A program made the translations under genes and the position numbers. A DNA stretch of 63,969 nucleotides, the filler included, from an uncultured bacterium (GTDB taxonomy: Bacteria > Hinthialibacterota > Hinthialibacteria > Hinthialibacterales > Hinthialibacteraceae), in the NCBI GenBank assembly GCA_964449065.1. It is 3 parts of 3 records of this genome, joined end to end, with 100 filler letters (N's around TTAATTAATTAA, not from the genome) between each part and the next. Parts side by side here need not be neighbours in the genome. Positions count along the whole stretch, not along the records: positions 24,523 to 47,999 come from CAYVAZ010000031.1; 2 more parts are not named here. One strand, written 5' to 3'. The notes under the pieces are model-generated. The model searched no databases. It was given only the letters and a program-made list of their open reading frames with translations, and was not told where the DNA came from. Shown here one piece after another: positions 29,578 through 39,713 of this stretch (the first letter of the stretch is position 1; each line of letters begins with the position of its first letter).

Positions 29578-32500
29578 TTATTCTAGTATTCGTGAATGGA
29601 GAAAACCGACACTCCAACTTGTCAACAAAAGCAACGCAATCAACGTGGTTGTTGGCGCAACCGGATCGGGCTCTGGTTGTTGCTGTTTTTCTTGAATCAT
29701 TTGTTGTTCTTCCATCACATATCCTTCAACTTGTTGTGGTGTGTTTGGATTGGAGTCTGAATCTTGTGATGGATTCATCTCTTCAATATCTTGAGGACGG
29801 TGCCAGTTTTGACGGTCGGTGATTCGCTTTTGCAGCGCTTCCTCAATGGTCTTTCCCGTTGCGGATTCAACATTCTGAATCCATGCGGAAACTTTTGCGG
29901 GATCCATTGATGGAATGTTTTCGGCATTCTTCTTGATGTAGTCCTGCAAATCGGGGTTATCGCAGGTGAGATGATCACATGCTACATCATGCCGTGCCAC
30001 CTGATCAATATAAATTTCCGTTAACTCGTTAATAATCTTTTGCGGCGCGTCCCAATATCCTTTGCGCACGGCTTCCAGCATCCGGGCGGATATCCCTTGT
30101 TTCGCATAGGGATTGTGTTCCTCAAAGAATTCATCCATGTTCAAGTTATAGCGGTCTTTCATCCATACTTCGTACAATTCCGTCCACTTCGTACCATCCA
30201 CCGTTTCGGGATACACCACTTGCCAACCCCACAAATATTCCGCGGCTTTCCAAACATGACGTCCGCCTGCATAGCCTTCTTCCATCATCGCGTTTGCAAA
30301 TTCCGGATTGAGATAACGGGAGCGGAACTCCTGACCCAAAAACCGTTCAAGAGGTTCATGCTTTTCCTGCCCTGGAGTACGTAAGTCTGTAACGAAAAAC
30401 GGCGGGCTTTTCCCGCCATCCACTGTCCGGACACCTAACGCGATACTTCCTCCATAAGAAAAATAATCATCGTTATCAAGAGTGGAATAAATCTTAGACG
30501 AACGGGTATGAACAATTGATTCGGTTCCATGCAGCGCGTTTCGAAATTCCCGTTCCATTGGCTGCCCCCAAATGCCGCCGCCATACCCATGTCCCATGCG
30601 GCGAATGTAGTTGTTGCCTACTTGCTCTTCTTGATCCCAACTTCCGCTGGAAGCTGTCATTGCATGAATTTTGCTGTCGTGCTTTCCAGTGGGTTCCGCA
30701 AAGATACGAATGAGACTGCGGATTTTCGCTTGCTCTTCGGATATCCCTTGGGCAATGAGTTCTGTTTCTAATTCATTTGCATGTTTTCGAATTGGATTGT
30801 CTTCTTCCGGAGAGGAGGCCGCTAACCGGACCGCTGCATCAATTAATTCAAATAAAACGGGGAACGTATCGCGATATAGACTCGTGGCATGAAAAACAAT
30901 ATCCACACGGGGGCGCCCTAATTCATTCCGGGGAATCAACTCAAGGTCTTTGATTCTTCCCCGGTCATCCCGAATGGGTTTGATGCCTAACAAAGCGAAC
31001 CCTTGTGCCTCTTGAACACCCATGTGTCGTATGGTTTCCACTCCCCAAAGTTGAAGCGCGATTTTTTTGGGATACGCGCCATGCTGTGCTTTATGGTTGG
31101 TGACCAATTCTTCCGCCAATTTGGCGCCTAATTCTTCCGAGCGTTCTGTTGGGATAATCCGCGGATCAAAGGTATAGAAATTCTTTCCGGTAGGGATTGC
31201 TGATGTATTCAACACGGGGTCGTTGCCGGCACCCGGTCTTACATATCTGCCGTTGAGGCCATGCGTTAGGCTGATTAATTCATGGGTACCGCTTGTCACC
31301 AAATCATACCGGTATGCCTCACGTTGTGAGTTTTCATTTCCTTTGACCATTAAGTCCGTGAAGTTTTCCAATCTGTCCCCAACCGGTGAAATCCCGAAGG
31401 TATGCAGCCCGAATGGGATGGATTGGACGCGGATTTGATTGATATAGTCTTCGAGTGTTGCGGCGCGTTCCGGGAATTTCGACGCGTCATTCAAATCGCT
31501 ATCCGACCACCCGCGGTCTTGCAGATCAAGATGGATTCCACGGGTTAACACTTCCTGTTCAATTTCATAAACCAATTGACGAGCCGATTCCGGGTCTTTA
31601 CTTTGCGCGTCGCGCCATTCTTGAATCAACGAAGATAGTTTTTTGAGTTCCGGCGATAAGCCTCCTTCACCTAAAGCCGGGGTAAGATGATCGATAATTG
31701 TAGACATCCCTCTGCGCTTCGCCACAATCCCTTCTCCCACATCATCAACAATGTACGGGTAGAGTATCGGCAATGTTCCGGCGAGCACTTCACCGGGATC
31801 ACTGCCCGACAAGCCGGATTCTTTTCCCGACATCCATTCATGCGTGCCATGTGTTCCTGTATGGATGACCGCATGTGCCTGGAATTTGCGCTGTAACCAT
31901 AAGTAGGCGGCTAAATATTGATGATGGGGAGGAAGTTCTTGCGACTGATACAGCATATCTAAGTTTTGTGTTCTTGCCCGGTCGGGTTGCGGCAACAACA
32001 CAATATTTCCCACATGAATGGTTGGTAAAATGAAATGCAATTCTCCATTGACCGATTTCGCCATAATTTCAGCCTTCTCTGGTTCCCCCCAGAAGTTGTT
32101 TACATCCTGTTGAAAATCAGCAGGGAGTTCCGAAAACCATTGTTGGTATTCTGATACAGGGAGTAAATCGATTTGAGAAGATTGAATCAATCGGTCGAGT
32201 TCTCCCGGAGCCCAATTCCCGATATTTCGGCCCCGCTGCAAAATGAGTTCTTCAAGATCACGTGGATTTTCCAGATCGACTTCGCCTGTTTTGTATCCCT
32301 TCTTTTTCAAATGGTTCAACAAAACGGGAATGCTTCGAATGACGTTTAAATAACTAGCGCCAATGTTCTGTTTCCCGGGAGGGTAGTTCCAATACAGGAT
32401 AGCCACCCGTTTTTCTTTGTTTCGCGTTTTTTGCAAATCAATCCATTGTTTGGCGCGCCCGACCGCACGGGTTATCCGTTCCGGTATAGCCTGATACGTT

Positions 32501-33558
32501 ATGCTGCTTCGGCTGTTATCCACACCACCTACTACATTGGGTGGAGAAAGTCCTGCCAGTTCCGGCACAGCCAACTGCCATGCAACTTCGGCAGTGGATA
32601 AACCCTGGGTTGACCGTTTCCATTCCTCCACGGTACGTCCATAAATTTGAATGGCATTTATGACGGGGACGTTTAACTGTTGCAGAGCATCCACCGCTTC
32701 TTCGTCCGTAAATTTAAAGTGCATGGAGATGACGGCATCGACTCTGCTTTGATGATTTTCATCCAGTAAAAATTGCGTGACCGTTTCACTGCCACGGGTG
32801 GCAAATAGCAAAACGGGCTGCATGTCTTGCCGCTCGATTTCGTTTACGATCGCGTGCGGAATTTGGATGGTTTCGCGCCGTACTCTGGTTGCGTATTCTA
32901 AAACGGCGACTTTCGGAACCGTGTTGTCCGGGTTTGTCCATCGAACCCAATCTTTCCATGATTGTACAATCCGGGGTTCGCCATTATGTAGCGCAATCAA
33001 TCCTTGTTCTATGACAGGTGCAGGAGGCTTCACTTCGAGATTCATGAAACCGAAGTGAGAACGCAATAGATACAAAAGCATTTCTTTGACTTGACCGGGC
33101 GCTCCATTATCCCAGTATTGATCCACCAACTTGTCCCGTTGCAGTTCATAGGAGAGCAACGCTGCTTCGGTTAATCCCGGACCCAATCGCCCCATTGCAA
33201 GGCGTTTGTAGGGAAATGAAGAAGCGTGTTGGGATGAGTATGTTGAAAGAGCATTTTCATGATTCATGACCCACGGAGAGGCTTTCACTTCCGCAATCAA
33301 AAGATCATGCTGTGGTAGCGGGTCATCTATTATCGATGTGGATGGAGCCCGAACCCGTATATCCAGTGAGTTGACGATGCTTGGATGATCTGAGTACAAC
33401 AAATCAATCGCTTTAATGACCAATTCTGACCCCGGGTTGGAAACCAGAAATACAATTCGCGCACGTTCACCGGGTACATGTTTTTCTCGCAGGAAAAGCA
33501 CAAGAAAAACCAATGCGAATGCGAGTACGAATCCGATGCCAATCCACGATTGCTTCAT
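29578..33558 (-). CDS. Membrane-anchored CobN/BchH-family chelatase (HmuS/BtuS-like)
   Basis: NYPPGK, HTGTHGTHEW, PTGKNFY, GRPRVD, RYLNP; hydrophobic anchors at both termini. Confidence 0.9.
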   Translation of the reverse strand: MKQSWIGIGFVLAFALVFLVLFLREKHVPGERARIVFLVSNPGSELVIKAIDLLYSDHPSIVNSLDIRVRAPSTSIIDDPLPQHDLLIAEVKASPWVMNHENALSTYSSQHASSFPYKRLAMGRLGPGLTEAALLSYELQRDKLVDQYWDNGAPGQVKEMLLYLLRSHFGFMNLEVKPPAPVIEQGLIALHNGEPRIVQSWKDWVRWTNPDNTVPKVAVLEYATRVRRETIQIPHAIVNEIERQDMQPVLLFATRGSETVTQFLLDENHQSRVDAVISMHFKFTDEEAVDALQQLNVPVINAIQIYGRTVEEWKRSTQGLSTAEVAWQLAVPELAGLSPPNVVGGVDNSRSSITYQAIPERITRAVGRAKQWIDLQKTRNKEKRVAILYWNYPPGKQNIGASYLNVIRSIPVLLNHLKKKGYKTGEVDLENPRDLEELILQRGRNIGNWAPGELDRLIQSSQIDLLPVSEYQQWFSELPADFQQDVNNFWGEPEKAEIMAKSVNGELHFILPTIHVGNIVLLPQPDRARTQNLDMLYQSQELPPHHQYLAAYLWLQRKFQAHAVIHTGTHGTHEWMSGKESGLSGSDPGEVLAGTLPILYPYIVDDVGEGIVAKRRGMSTIIDHLTPALGEGGLSPELKKLSSLIQEWRDAQSKDPESARQLVYEIEQEVLTRGIHLDLQDRGWSDSDLNDASKFPERAATLEDYINQIRVQSIPFGLHTFGISPVGDRLENFTDLMVKGNENSQREAYRYDLVTSGTHELISLTHGLNGRYVRPGAGNDPVLNTSAIPTGKNFYTFDPRIIPTERSEELGAKLAEELVTNHKAQHGAYPKKIALQLWGVETIRHMGVQEAQGFALLGIKPIRDDRGRIKDLELIPRNELGRPRVDIVFHATSLYRDTFPVLFELIDAAVRLAASSPEEDNPIRKHANELETELIAQGISEEQAKIRSLIRIFAEPTGKHDSKIHAMTASSGSWDQEEQVGNNYIRRMGHGYGGGIWGQPMEREFRNALHGTESIVHTRSSKIYSTLDNDDYFSYGGSIALGVRTVDGGKSPPFFVTDLRTPGQEKHEPLERFLGQEFRSRYLNPEFANAMMEEGYAGGRHVWKAAEYLWGWQVVYPETVDGTKWTELYEVWMKDRYNLNMDEFFEEHNPYAKQGISARMLEAVRKGYWDAPQKIINELTEIYIDQVARHDVACDHLTCDNPDLQDYIKKNAENIPSMDPAKVSAWIQNVESATGKTIEEALQKRITDRQNWHRPQDIEEMNPSQDSDSNPNTPQQVEGYVMEEQQMIQEKQQQPEPDPVAPTTTLIALLLLTSWSVGFLHSRILE

Positions 33559-33569
33559 GATGATTAATT

Positions 33570-33926
33570 TTAGGGGGATTGCTCTTGATCCGGGACATAA
33601 ACGACAGTGCCATCTTCCAAGCGGTAGGCCGTTCCTAAACGAATTCCGTCTCCGCCGCCCACTTGTTTGGTTAACCGCCGAATTGTAGTTTTGTTGCCTT
33701 CCCGGACCGTGATTTCCATCCCATCCTCACGTTCTGTAGTAATGGTAACTTTGGTGTCGGGTTTAAACATTTCCAACAAATTCAACGCACTGATTAAAGA
33801 CACCATAAACCCAAGCGCAAACACGATTCCAATATCAAATAAATTGGCCAATCCGGCGAGAGGGTCTTCATCCCGCGAGTGTCCGCTTAATAATCCCAGC
33901 CCTTGATATTGGCGTGAATCCTTCAT
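33570..33926 (-). CDS. DUF2149 domain protein
   Basis: DPLAGLANLFDIGIVFA...GIRLGTAYRLEDGTVVYVP; ATG overlaps the upstream stop (ATGA). Confidence 0.9.
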   Translation of the reverse strand: MKDSRQYQGLGLLSGHSRDEDPLAGLANLFDIGIVFALGFMVSLISALNLLEMFKPDTKVTITTEREDGMEITVREGNKTTIRRLTKQVGGGDGIRLGTAYRLEDGTVVYVPDQEQSP

Positions 33927-34471
33927 TCTTTGTGCTCCAAACTGTGCCGGATTTCTGCCAGGTCTAAGCGGTACCACCGTTCTAACGTGGTCGCGACAAT
34001 CCACGCTAAACTGCCTGCAATTAACCCCAAGACGGTTGTGCCGAATGCGAGAATCAACCGTTGAGAAAGCACTTGTAAGTCGTTGGCAGCCAATGCGGTT
34101 AATGCACTTCCAAGGGGAATTAATGTCCCCGCCAAACCCAATGCCGGACCAAGTCTTACCCAAATTCTCGCAATATCCACACGGCGGCTTAATTCGGCTT
34201 CCGTACGGTCCAATAAAAGCCAGGGATCCGCGTTTGGGTCATTCATGGATTGCCGTTTCCATGCAACGAATCCTTGCCGTTTTTTCATGCTGCCGGTAGG
34301 ATTTAGCGGGTCTTTCACCGCAACAGGTTTTCCCTGTCTTTGCAGGGCTTGATTGCAAAGGTCCCCCAATAAAAACAGTGCATGAGCCATCCCAAACAAC
34401 AGGGCAATCACCACGGGCCATAGCAAAATGTTCGTCAGTAAATAAACCGTTTGTTGTAGCTGCTCGATCAT
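33923..34471 (-). CDS. MotA/TolQ/ExbB proton-channel family protein
   Basis: RLGPALGLAGTLIPL...AFGTTVLGL...WYRLDL. Confidence 0.88.
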   Translation of the reverse strand: MIEQLQQTVYLLTNILLWPVVIALLFGMAHALFLLGDLCNQALQRQGKPVAVKDPLNPTGSMKKRQGFVAWKRQSMNDPNADPWLLLDRTEAELSRRVDIARIWVRLGPALGLAGTLIPLGSALTALAANDLQVLSQRLILAFGTTVLGLIAGSLAWIVATTLERWYRLDLAEIRHSLEHKE

Positions 34472-34566
34472 CGTTTCGCTTCTTAATAGGAGGCAGGGTT
34501 GACCTGCATCCTACGTGTTATAAAGTCATAGAAAATAAATGCTTGCTTCAACAAGTGCGTAGCAGA

Positions 34567-35892
34567 TTATTGATACAACATCCAAGCCGGGACAAAACTT
34601 GTGCTTTCCGTTTGCAACATGTTCAGATTAACCCGTCCATCCACATCACTTTCCCATAGAACCGCGATTTGGCCATTCGGGCTTATTTCAATTCCAGGTT
34701 TTTCATCTACGTTAAACTCATCTTGAGTAAGTTGAGATCTTTCCGATAACGATTGAGTCGATGGATCATACGCACGCAAATAGATGTCGCCTGAACCGGT
34801 TCGGAAATCAACCCACACCACATAAACCGTTCCATCTGGAGCCACAGCAACATCGGCTTGTTCTACCGCGTCGGGTAAATCATTCTCTGTTATAGGGATC
34901 GCAGCATCGAACGTTTCTGAACCGGACGATTTTGAAGCCAAATGGATATTGGGGATATCGTTAGCAAAATTAGTCCAAACCGCCCAAACCGTATCGTTCC
35001 CATCTACCGTTAGTTTTGCCGGATCGGTAGAAGACGTTCCACGTTCACTGATGGATTGACGCTGAGTGATGGTCGGGTCATCTGAAGATTGCATGGTTCC
35101 ATAAACCGGTTTTTCATTTTGAAAAAAGAAACCGGAAAGTTCCGCGACAGTCCAGACGAAATGCAGTTGTCCTTGACTGTCCGCGGCAATTTGTGAAGTA
35201 ATCACCCCTTCACCATTCGGGCTGGCCGAAGAGATTACTTGGCTGTCAAAATCAATCGGAGACGAAAATGCTTGATTGGAATCACTTCGAGCCATTAATA
35301 AATTGCCCAAAGAATTTTGAGAAAAATCATACCAAGATGCAACAAGTCTGCCATCCGGTGTCCATACAATTTTAGGCCTCCATGAGTTTCCGGAGTTATC
35401 GGACAGGCGAATTTCTTCACCGGCAAACTGGCCATTCGGTAGGAGTTTGCGGTAATAGATTTCCAATTGGTTTGTGCCGCTGGCGCTGGTGCTGTGGCGG
35501 TAATCATGCCAAATAAAATGCACGGTACCGTCATTCTGCAAAGCCAATGCGGGATTTCCGCCGCTGTTAAAAGGAACCCCATCACCCACTTCAGAACGAA
35601 TCGCTAATGGGGGACTAAATGAGCCGTTGCTTCTTACGGTGTATAACATCAATCCAGGCGTTCCCAATCCCGTGCCTTCCGTATTTTGCTCTGTATAAAC
35701 CAAATGCAGGTTTCCGTTGGAATCAAACTGAAAAGATCCATCCGGGCTGCGTGACAACTGGGATGCACGATCGCTATCCGTGACCGGAAGGATACTGCCA
35801 AACTCCGGGATAGCGGGTTGAGAATACACCGGTTGTACTACAAATACAATAAACGTAATACCCAACACACAAAAAAAATGAGACTTCATCAT
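34567..35892 (-). CDS. Secreted repeat (beta-propeller-like) protein
   Basis: Signal peptide; repeated (H/Y)-x-V-W-x-D...I-Y motifs; ends SFVPAWMLYQ. Confidence 0.75.
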   Translation of the reverse strand: MMKSHFFCVLGITFIVFVVQPVYSQPAIPEFGSILPVTDSDRASQLSRSPDGSFQFDSNGNLHLVYTEQNTEGTGLGTPGLMLYTVRSNGSFSPPLAIRSEVGDGVPFNSGGNPALALQNDGTVHFIWHDYRHSTSASGTNQLEIYYRKLLPNGQFAGEEIRLSDNSGNSWRPKIVWTPDGRLVASWYDFSQNSLGNLLMARSDSNQAFSSPIDFDSQVISSASPNGEGVITSQIAADSQGQLHFVWTVAELSGFFFQNEKPVYGTMQSSDDPTITQRQSISERGTSSTDPAKLTVDGNDTVWAVWTNFANDIPNIHLASKSSGSETFDAAIPITENDLPDAVEQADVAVAPDGTVYVVWVDFRTGSGDIYLRAYDPSTQSLSERSQLTQDEFNVDEKPGIEISPNGQIAVLWESDVDGRVNLNMLQTESTSFVPAWMLYQ

Positions 35893-35896
35893 TCTA

Positions 35897-36604
35897 CTAC
35901 CTCCTTTTCAATTGAACCGCACGTTCGCGGATATTCCCATTAATCGTAATTTCATATTCACCGAACCGGGCAAGATCAGGCCTTTCGGCATCAATTTCTA
36001 TTCGGTGAGGAAACCGTACTTCTCTGTCACGATAAAATTCACCGATATCAACATGCATGCAGCTGGCCAACCAAGCATCTTTTGTGTTTTTATCGATGTC
36101 GGACAAGCCGATTGCTTCGCTCTCTTGCCGCGGTCCTCCGGTGTCAAGCGCCGTTCGGTTGTAGGCATACCGTAGAAAGCGCCATTGGGGAACTTCCTTG
36201 CCCGAGAATGAGGAATCGCCACAACTGGAGTGAGCTTCTATTAAATGATTGTTTTGCTTCTTCAGAGCGGGACAATACAAACACGATTCAGAACAATAGC
36301 CCAATTTAGATAGTATTACGGGGACTCCAGACCAGTATCCGTTCGCAGACGGGCCGCATCCCCATGCGGTTATTTGTGGTTGGGGCTTCGTATCCGCAAC
36401 ACCATCCGCCAATGGAAATACGCTGTGATCCAGCCGGTATGAATGCATCGCTACAAAGAGTGAATGTAAATTTGCTTTGCAGGCAACGTCATCCGCACGG
36501 CGAATCGCGTCGAGCATGTTAGCACTGATAATCGAAGCAAGTATTCCAATAATTGCCGCTACAATAAGCAACTCAATCAAGGTGAATCCTCTTGAAGAGT
36601 TCAA
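35897..36604 (-). CDS. Divergent Cys-rich prepilin-type protein
   Basis: GFTLIELLIVAAIIG with TTG start and AGGAG RBS; lacks the SxGPD/SNG motifs; several Cys residues. Confidence 0.85.
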   Translation of the reverse strand: MNSSRGFTLIELLIVAAIIGILASIISANMLDAIRRADDVACKANLHSLFVAMHSYRLDHSVFPLADGVADTKPQPQITAWGCGPSANGYWSGVPVILSKLGYCSESCLYCPALKKQNNHLIEAHSSCGDSSFSGKEVPQWRFLRYAYNRTALDTGGPRQESEAIGLSDIDKNTKDAWLASCMHVDIGEFYRDREVRFPHRIEIDAERPDLARFGEYEITINGNIRERAVQLKRR

Positions 36605-36620
36605 ATTGACTTTTCTCCTA

Positions 36621-36647
36621 GTAATACATAAATTATTATCGTATTAC
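36621..36647 (-). promoter_or_regulatory. NikR-like 6-15-6 operator (copy 2)
   Basis: Minus strand GTAATACGATAATAATTTATGTATTAC directly before the AGGAG RBS of the pilin-cobN operon. Confidence 0.65.
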
Positions 36648-36894
36648 CAGACTATCATGGGTCTATCGTTGGGTCAAGTTTTAATCATTCCCTGTTTATC
36701 AATTTACAGAATCTAAATAGATGTCTTTTCGATACCCAACAGATGAAATTTTACTGATTTTTGGATGCCGCGATTTAGAAACACACACGAATTCAGCGTT
36801 CAACACAATGGCCGGTTCGCCATCTGGAAGGAATCTACTACCAGATCGTTTTCAATCTATTGCAACAATACAGACCCAATCGTCTGTCATGCGG

Positions 36895-36920
36895 CGGGGC
36901 AAGCATGGAAGCTTGCCCCG
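36895..36920 (-). terminator. GC-rich hairpin after the dienelactone hydrolase gene
   Basis: CGGGGCAAGC-6nt-GCTTGCCCCG, 10 nt after the stop; no clear U-tract. Confidence 0.4.
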
Positions 36921-36930
36921 GTAGTGGATA

Positions 36931-37839
36931 TTATTTGAGATGAATGTTGAAAAACTCTATCGTGCGCTTCCATGCCAACTCGGCCATCTCTTCATCATAC
37001 CGCCCGGTCGAATCGTTGTGGAAGCCATGATTGGCGTCTTCATACATGTGCATGGTATATTCCACATTGGCGGCTTTCAGGTCTTCTTCATAGTCTTCCC
37101 AACTGGCGTTCACCCGGTTATCCAATTCCGCCAACTGAATCAGCATTGGCGCGGTGATGTTCCCGCGCAACTCCTTCGCCGCAGGGGTGCCATAGAACGG
37201 AACGCCTGCATCCAGGTCATCGCCCAAAACCGCCGCCAGCATATTGACAATATACCCGCCGAAGCAGAACCCGACCGCGCCTAGTTTTCCGTTGCCTTTT
37301 TCATGCGCTTTGATGAACTTGGCTGCCGCGATGAAATCCTGCTCGATTTTCGTCCGGTCCAAATCCCGCTGCATGGCGCGCCCTTCATCATCATTGCCGG
37401 GATACCCGCCTGATGGATACAGCGCATCCGGCGCGAAAGCAATGAATCCCGCTTTGGCAAGACGCCGCGCGACATCTTTTATGTAGGGATTCAGCCCCCG
37501 GTTCTCATGTACCACCAAAACGGTCGGAGCTTTGCCCTCCAAATCAGAAGGAACAACCAAATATCCGCGGCATTCGCCATGACCTTTTGGAGATTCAAAG
37601 GTCTCATAGGTGGCTTTAATGCCAGGATCGTTGAACGAAACCTGCTCGGCTTTGGCGTAATCCGGGGTTAACGCTTCCAACAAAACCGCCATGCTAAGAC
37701 CGGCGGCGGAAAGCGTTGCTAAGCGGTCTAAAAAGGTGCGGCGGTCAATGATGCCGTGCGCGTATTCGTCATACCAATCGAACGCTTCTTGCGGGATGGG
37801 ATGATACGTCGTAGTCACTTGCGGTTGAATTTCCAGCAT
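36931..37839 (-). CDS. YghX-like dienelactone hydrolase family protein
   Basis: YDEYAHG...RRTF N-terminus, HENRGLNP, GFCFGG, HGFHND. Confidence 0.9.
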   Translation of the reverse strand: MLEIQPQVTTTYHPIPQEAFDWYDEYAHGIIDRRTFLDRLATLSAAGLSMAVLLEALTPDYAKAEQVSFNDPGIKATYETFESPKGHGECRGYLVVPSDLEGKAPTVLVVHENRGLNPYIKDVARRLAKAGFIAFAPDALYPSGGYPGNDDEGRAMQRDLDRTKIEQDFIAAAKFIKAHEKGNGKLGAVGFCFGGYIVNMLAAVLGDDLDAGVPFYGTPAAKELRGNITAPMLIQLAELDNRVNASWEDYEEDLKAANVEYTMHMYEDANHGFHNDSTGRYDEEMAELAWKRTIEFFNIHLK

Positions 37840-38049
37840 AATTTTCTCCTCAACAGATCATGGATTTGATGCAGGATCAATGATGAAAAAGCGGTTTGTT
37901 GTATGTCGACTCATGAGATGAAAGTGTTTCATTAAACCATAATTAAAATGGTCCAGTCAAGAAGTTGGACGATCCTAACACGTTCTAAATCAAAACCGGT
38001 CAATCTATACTGTATAACAGGACCTTACAATTCATGCTGGGAAACGAAA

Positions 38050-38892
38050 ATGAAACGATATCGTATGCTCGTTCTTTTTTTACTTTGGATTGGTTTCACA
38101 ATGCCGGTGAATTCAGCCAACCAATCAGATCGCATCGATTTTCAAGATGACGAATCGGTTTTGGCGCACAAACCCATTTTAACCGCTCATCGGGGCGGGG
38201 TGATTACGCCGCAGTCGCCGGAGTGTTCGTTACTGGCGATTCGGCTGGCAAAAGAGGCTGGGTATAGTTTGGTCGAACTGGATATCCAGCGCAGTGCGGA
38301 TGGTGTCCCCATTGTGTTTCATGACCGCAGTATGATGGAAGCGTGTGGAATCGACCGGGGAATATCAGAACTCACCGCGGAAGAGATCCAAAACATTCCG
38401 TATAAAGGGACAGAAGAAAAAGTTGTCACGCTGGATACCGCTCTCGCATATTGCCGCGAACTCAATTTAGGAGTAATGCTGGATTTAAAAGCGCAAGCGG
38501 ATAAACCGTTTTATGACACGATCGCGGATTTAATACGCAAACATCACCTGCAAAACGCGGCCATCACCATATCCGGTAATGAGTTGTTTCGCGATTGTGT
38601 AAAACCCGTCGCAATGATAACAGTCACAAACGAAGAATTTTCGGCGGTGGAGCGTGGCGACGCCATCGACTTAAGCAACCGGTTCTGGTTTGGTTTGCCC
38701 GAGCGATTGCCTAGTGAAATGGTGGCAAAGTTGCAGCGACGCGGCGCGTTGGTGATGCCGGCGATTAACACATTCCGGTATCCAGAAGAAAACCACCTTA
38801 AATCAGCCCAAAAAGATATTCAACGCTTAAACCAAGCCGGAGTGGATGGATATCAAATCGATTCCGTGTATGACCGCTTTTTCAGTAAATAA
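38050..38892 (+). CDS. Secreted glycerophosphodiester phosphodiesterase family protein
   Basis: Signal peptide from MKRYRML, AHRGG, PECS, VELD, VFHD. Confidence 0.82.
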   Translation: MKRYRMLVLFLLWIGFTMPVNSANQSDRIDFQDDESVLAHKPILTAHRGGVITPQSPECSLLAIRLAKEAGYSLVELDIQRSADGVPIVFHDRSMMEACGIDRGISELTAEEIQNIPYKGTEEKVVTLDTALAYCRELNLGVMLDLKAQADKPFYDTIADLIRKHHLQNAAITISGNELFRDCVKPVAMITVTNEEFSAVERGDAIDLSNRFWFGLPERLPSEMVAKLQRRGALVMPAINTFRYPEENHLKSAQKDIQRLNQAGVDGYQIDSVYDRFFSK

Positions 38893-39154
38893 TACCGTTT
38901 CAATTTAATTTTGTTTGATTCTCCCTACAAGAAACATGGTTCGTCGAAGTTGAAATCACCAACCCATTAACCCCCACCCAGCCTCCCCCATTCCAATGGG
39001 GGAGGAGTATTGTTTAATCATTATTTATTTGAATTCGTATAATTTGTGATTATTTCATACAAAAGCACGAAAAACACATCCCATCCACAATGATTTGTAT
39101 CCCAATACTAAATGACAAACACGAAATCAGTATTTCGCTAAAGTTAGGATTATT

Positions 39155-39433
39155 AATTGATGTTACGCAATCCATGATTGATGATTGCTTGAAAAATGGT
39201 TTTTGTTGTGAGCCAATTATTCTAAGTCAAACGCGGTGTCTATCGTCTTCTCCCTTTGGGAGAAGATAAGAGAAGAGGGTGATGAGAGCGATTGCTCCCC
39301 ATGACGCAGCAGCGTCATTAGAGGTTTATTCCTCCCGAACCCTCACCCGGCCTTCTCCCGGTGGGCGAGGGCGATCAATTCAGCGAACAATTGGAAAAAC
39401 GGGCATATCATAATGTGGTGCGTAACCTAAGTT
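39155..39433. mobile_element. MITE-like element, family C (AACT-A-GTTACGCA ends)
   Basis: Imperfect TIRs AATTGATGTTACGCA / TGCGTAACCTAAGTT; right ~50 bp matches 47947-47999 in reverse; internal CCCTCACCC..CTCCC hairpins. Confidence 0.6.
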
Positions 39434-39457
39434 GTTAAAATAAAAAGGTTTGCACCC

Positions 39458-39610
39458 ATACCCACCTTCCACTTAACGTCTAAAGGGCAAACCACCATCC
39501 CCAAAACCATTCGTGAATATCTCGACCTGCAGCCGGGCGATCCAGTTGACTTCATCGTCGGTGAAAATGGAACGGTCACCCTTAAAAGGGTGACCTGGCG
39601 GATTATCTAA
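39458..39610 (+). pseudogene. AbrB/MazE-type antitoxin remnant
   Basis: (ATA)PTFHLTSKGQTTIPKTIREYLDLQPGDPVDFIV; start codon lost, truncated, no toxin. Confidence 0.75.
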
Positions 39611-39713
39611 TCGGTAGAGTAAATCAAGAACAGGAATTCTTACAGACCGTGACGTTTGACCGCGCTCTCAAAAATACCGCCTCTTTAGAATTGCTTTCAA
39701 CTCAAAACACCTG

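Noticed and set aside
36648..36930. Cobalamin riboswitch upstream of the cobN-like operon
   Set aside because: No B12-box or GCCACTG/GGGAAG-type conserved elements found by eye; an Infernal scan would be decisive
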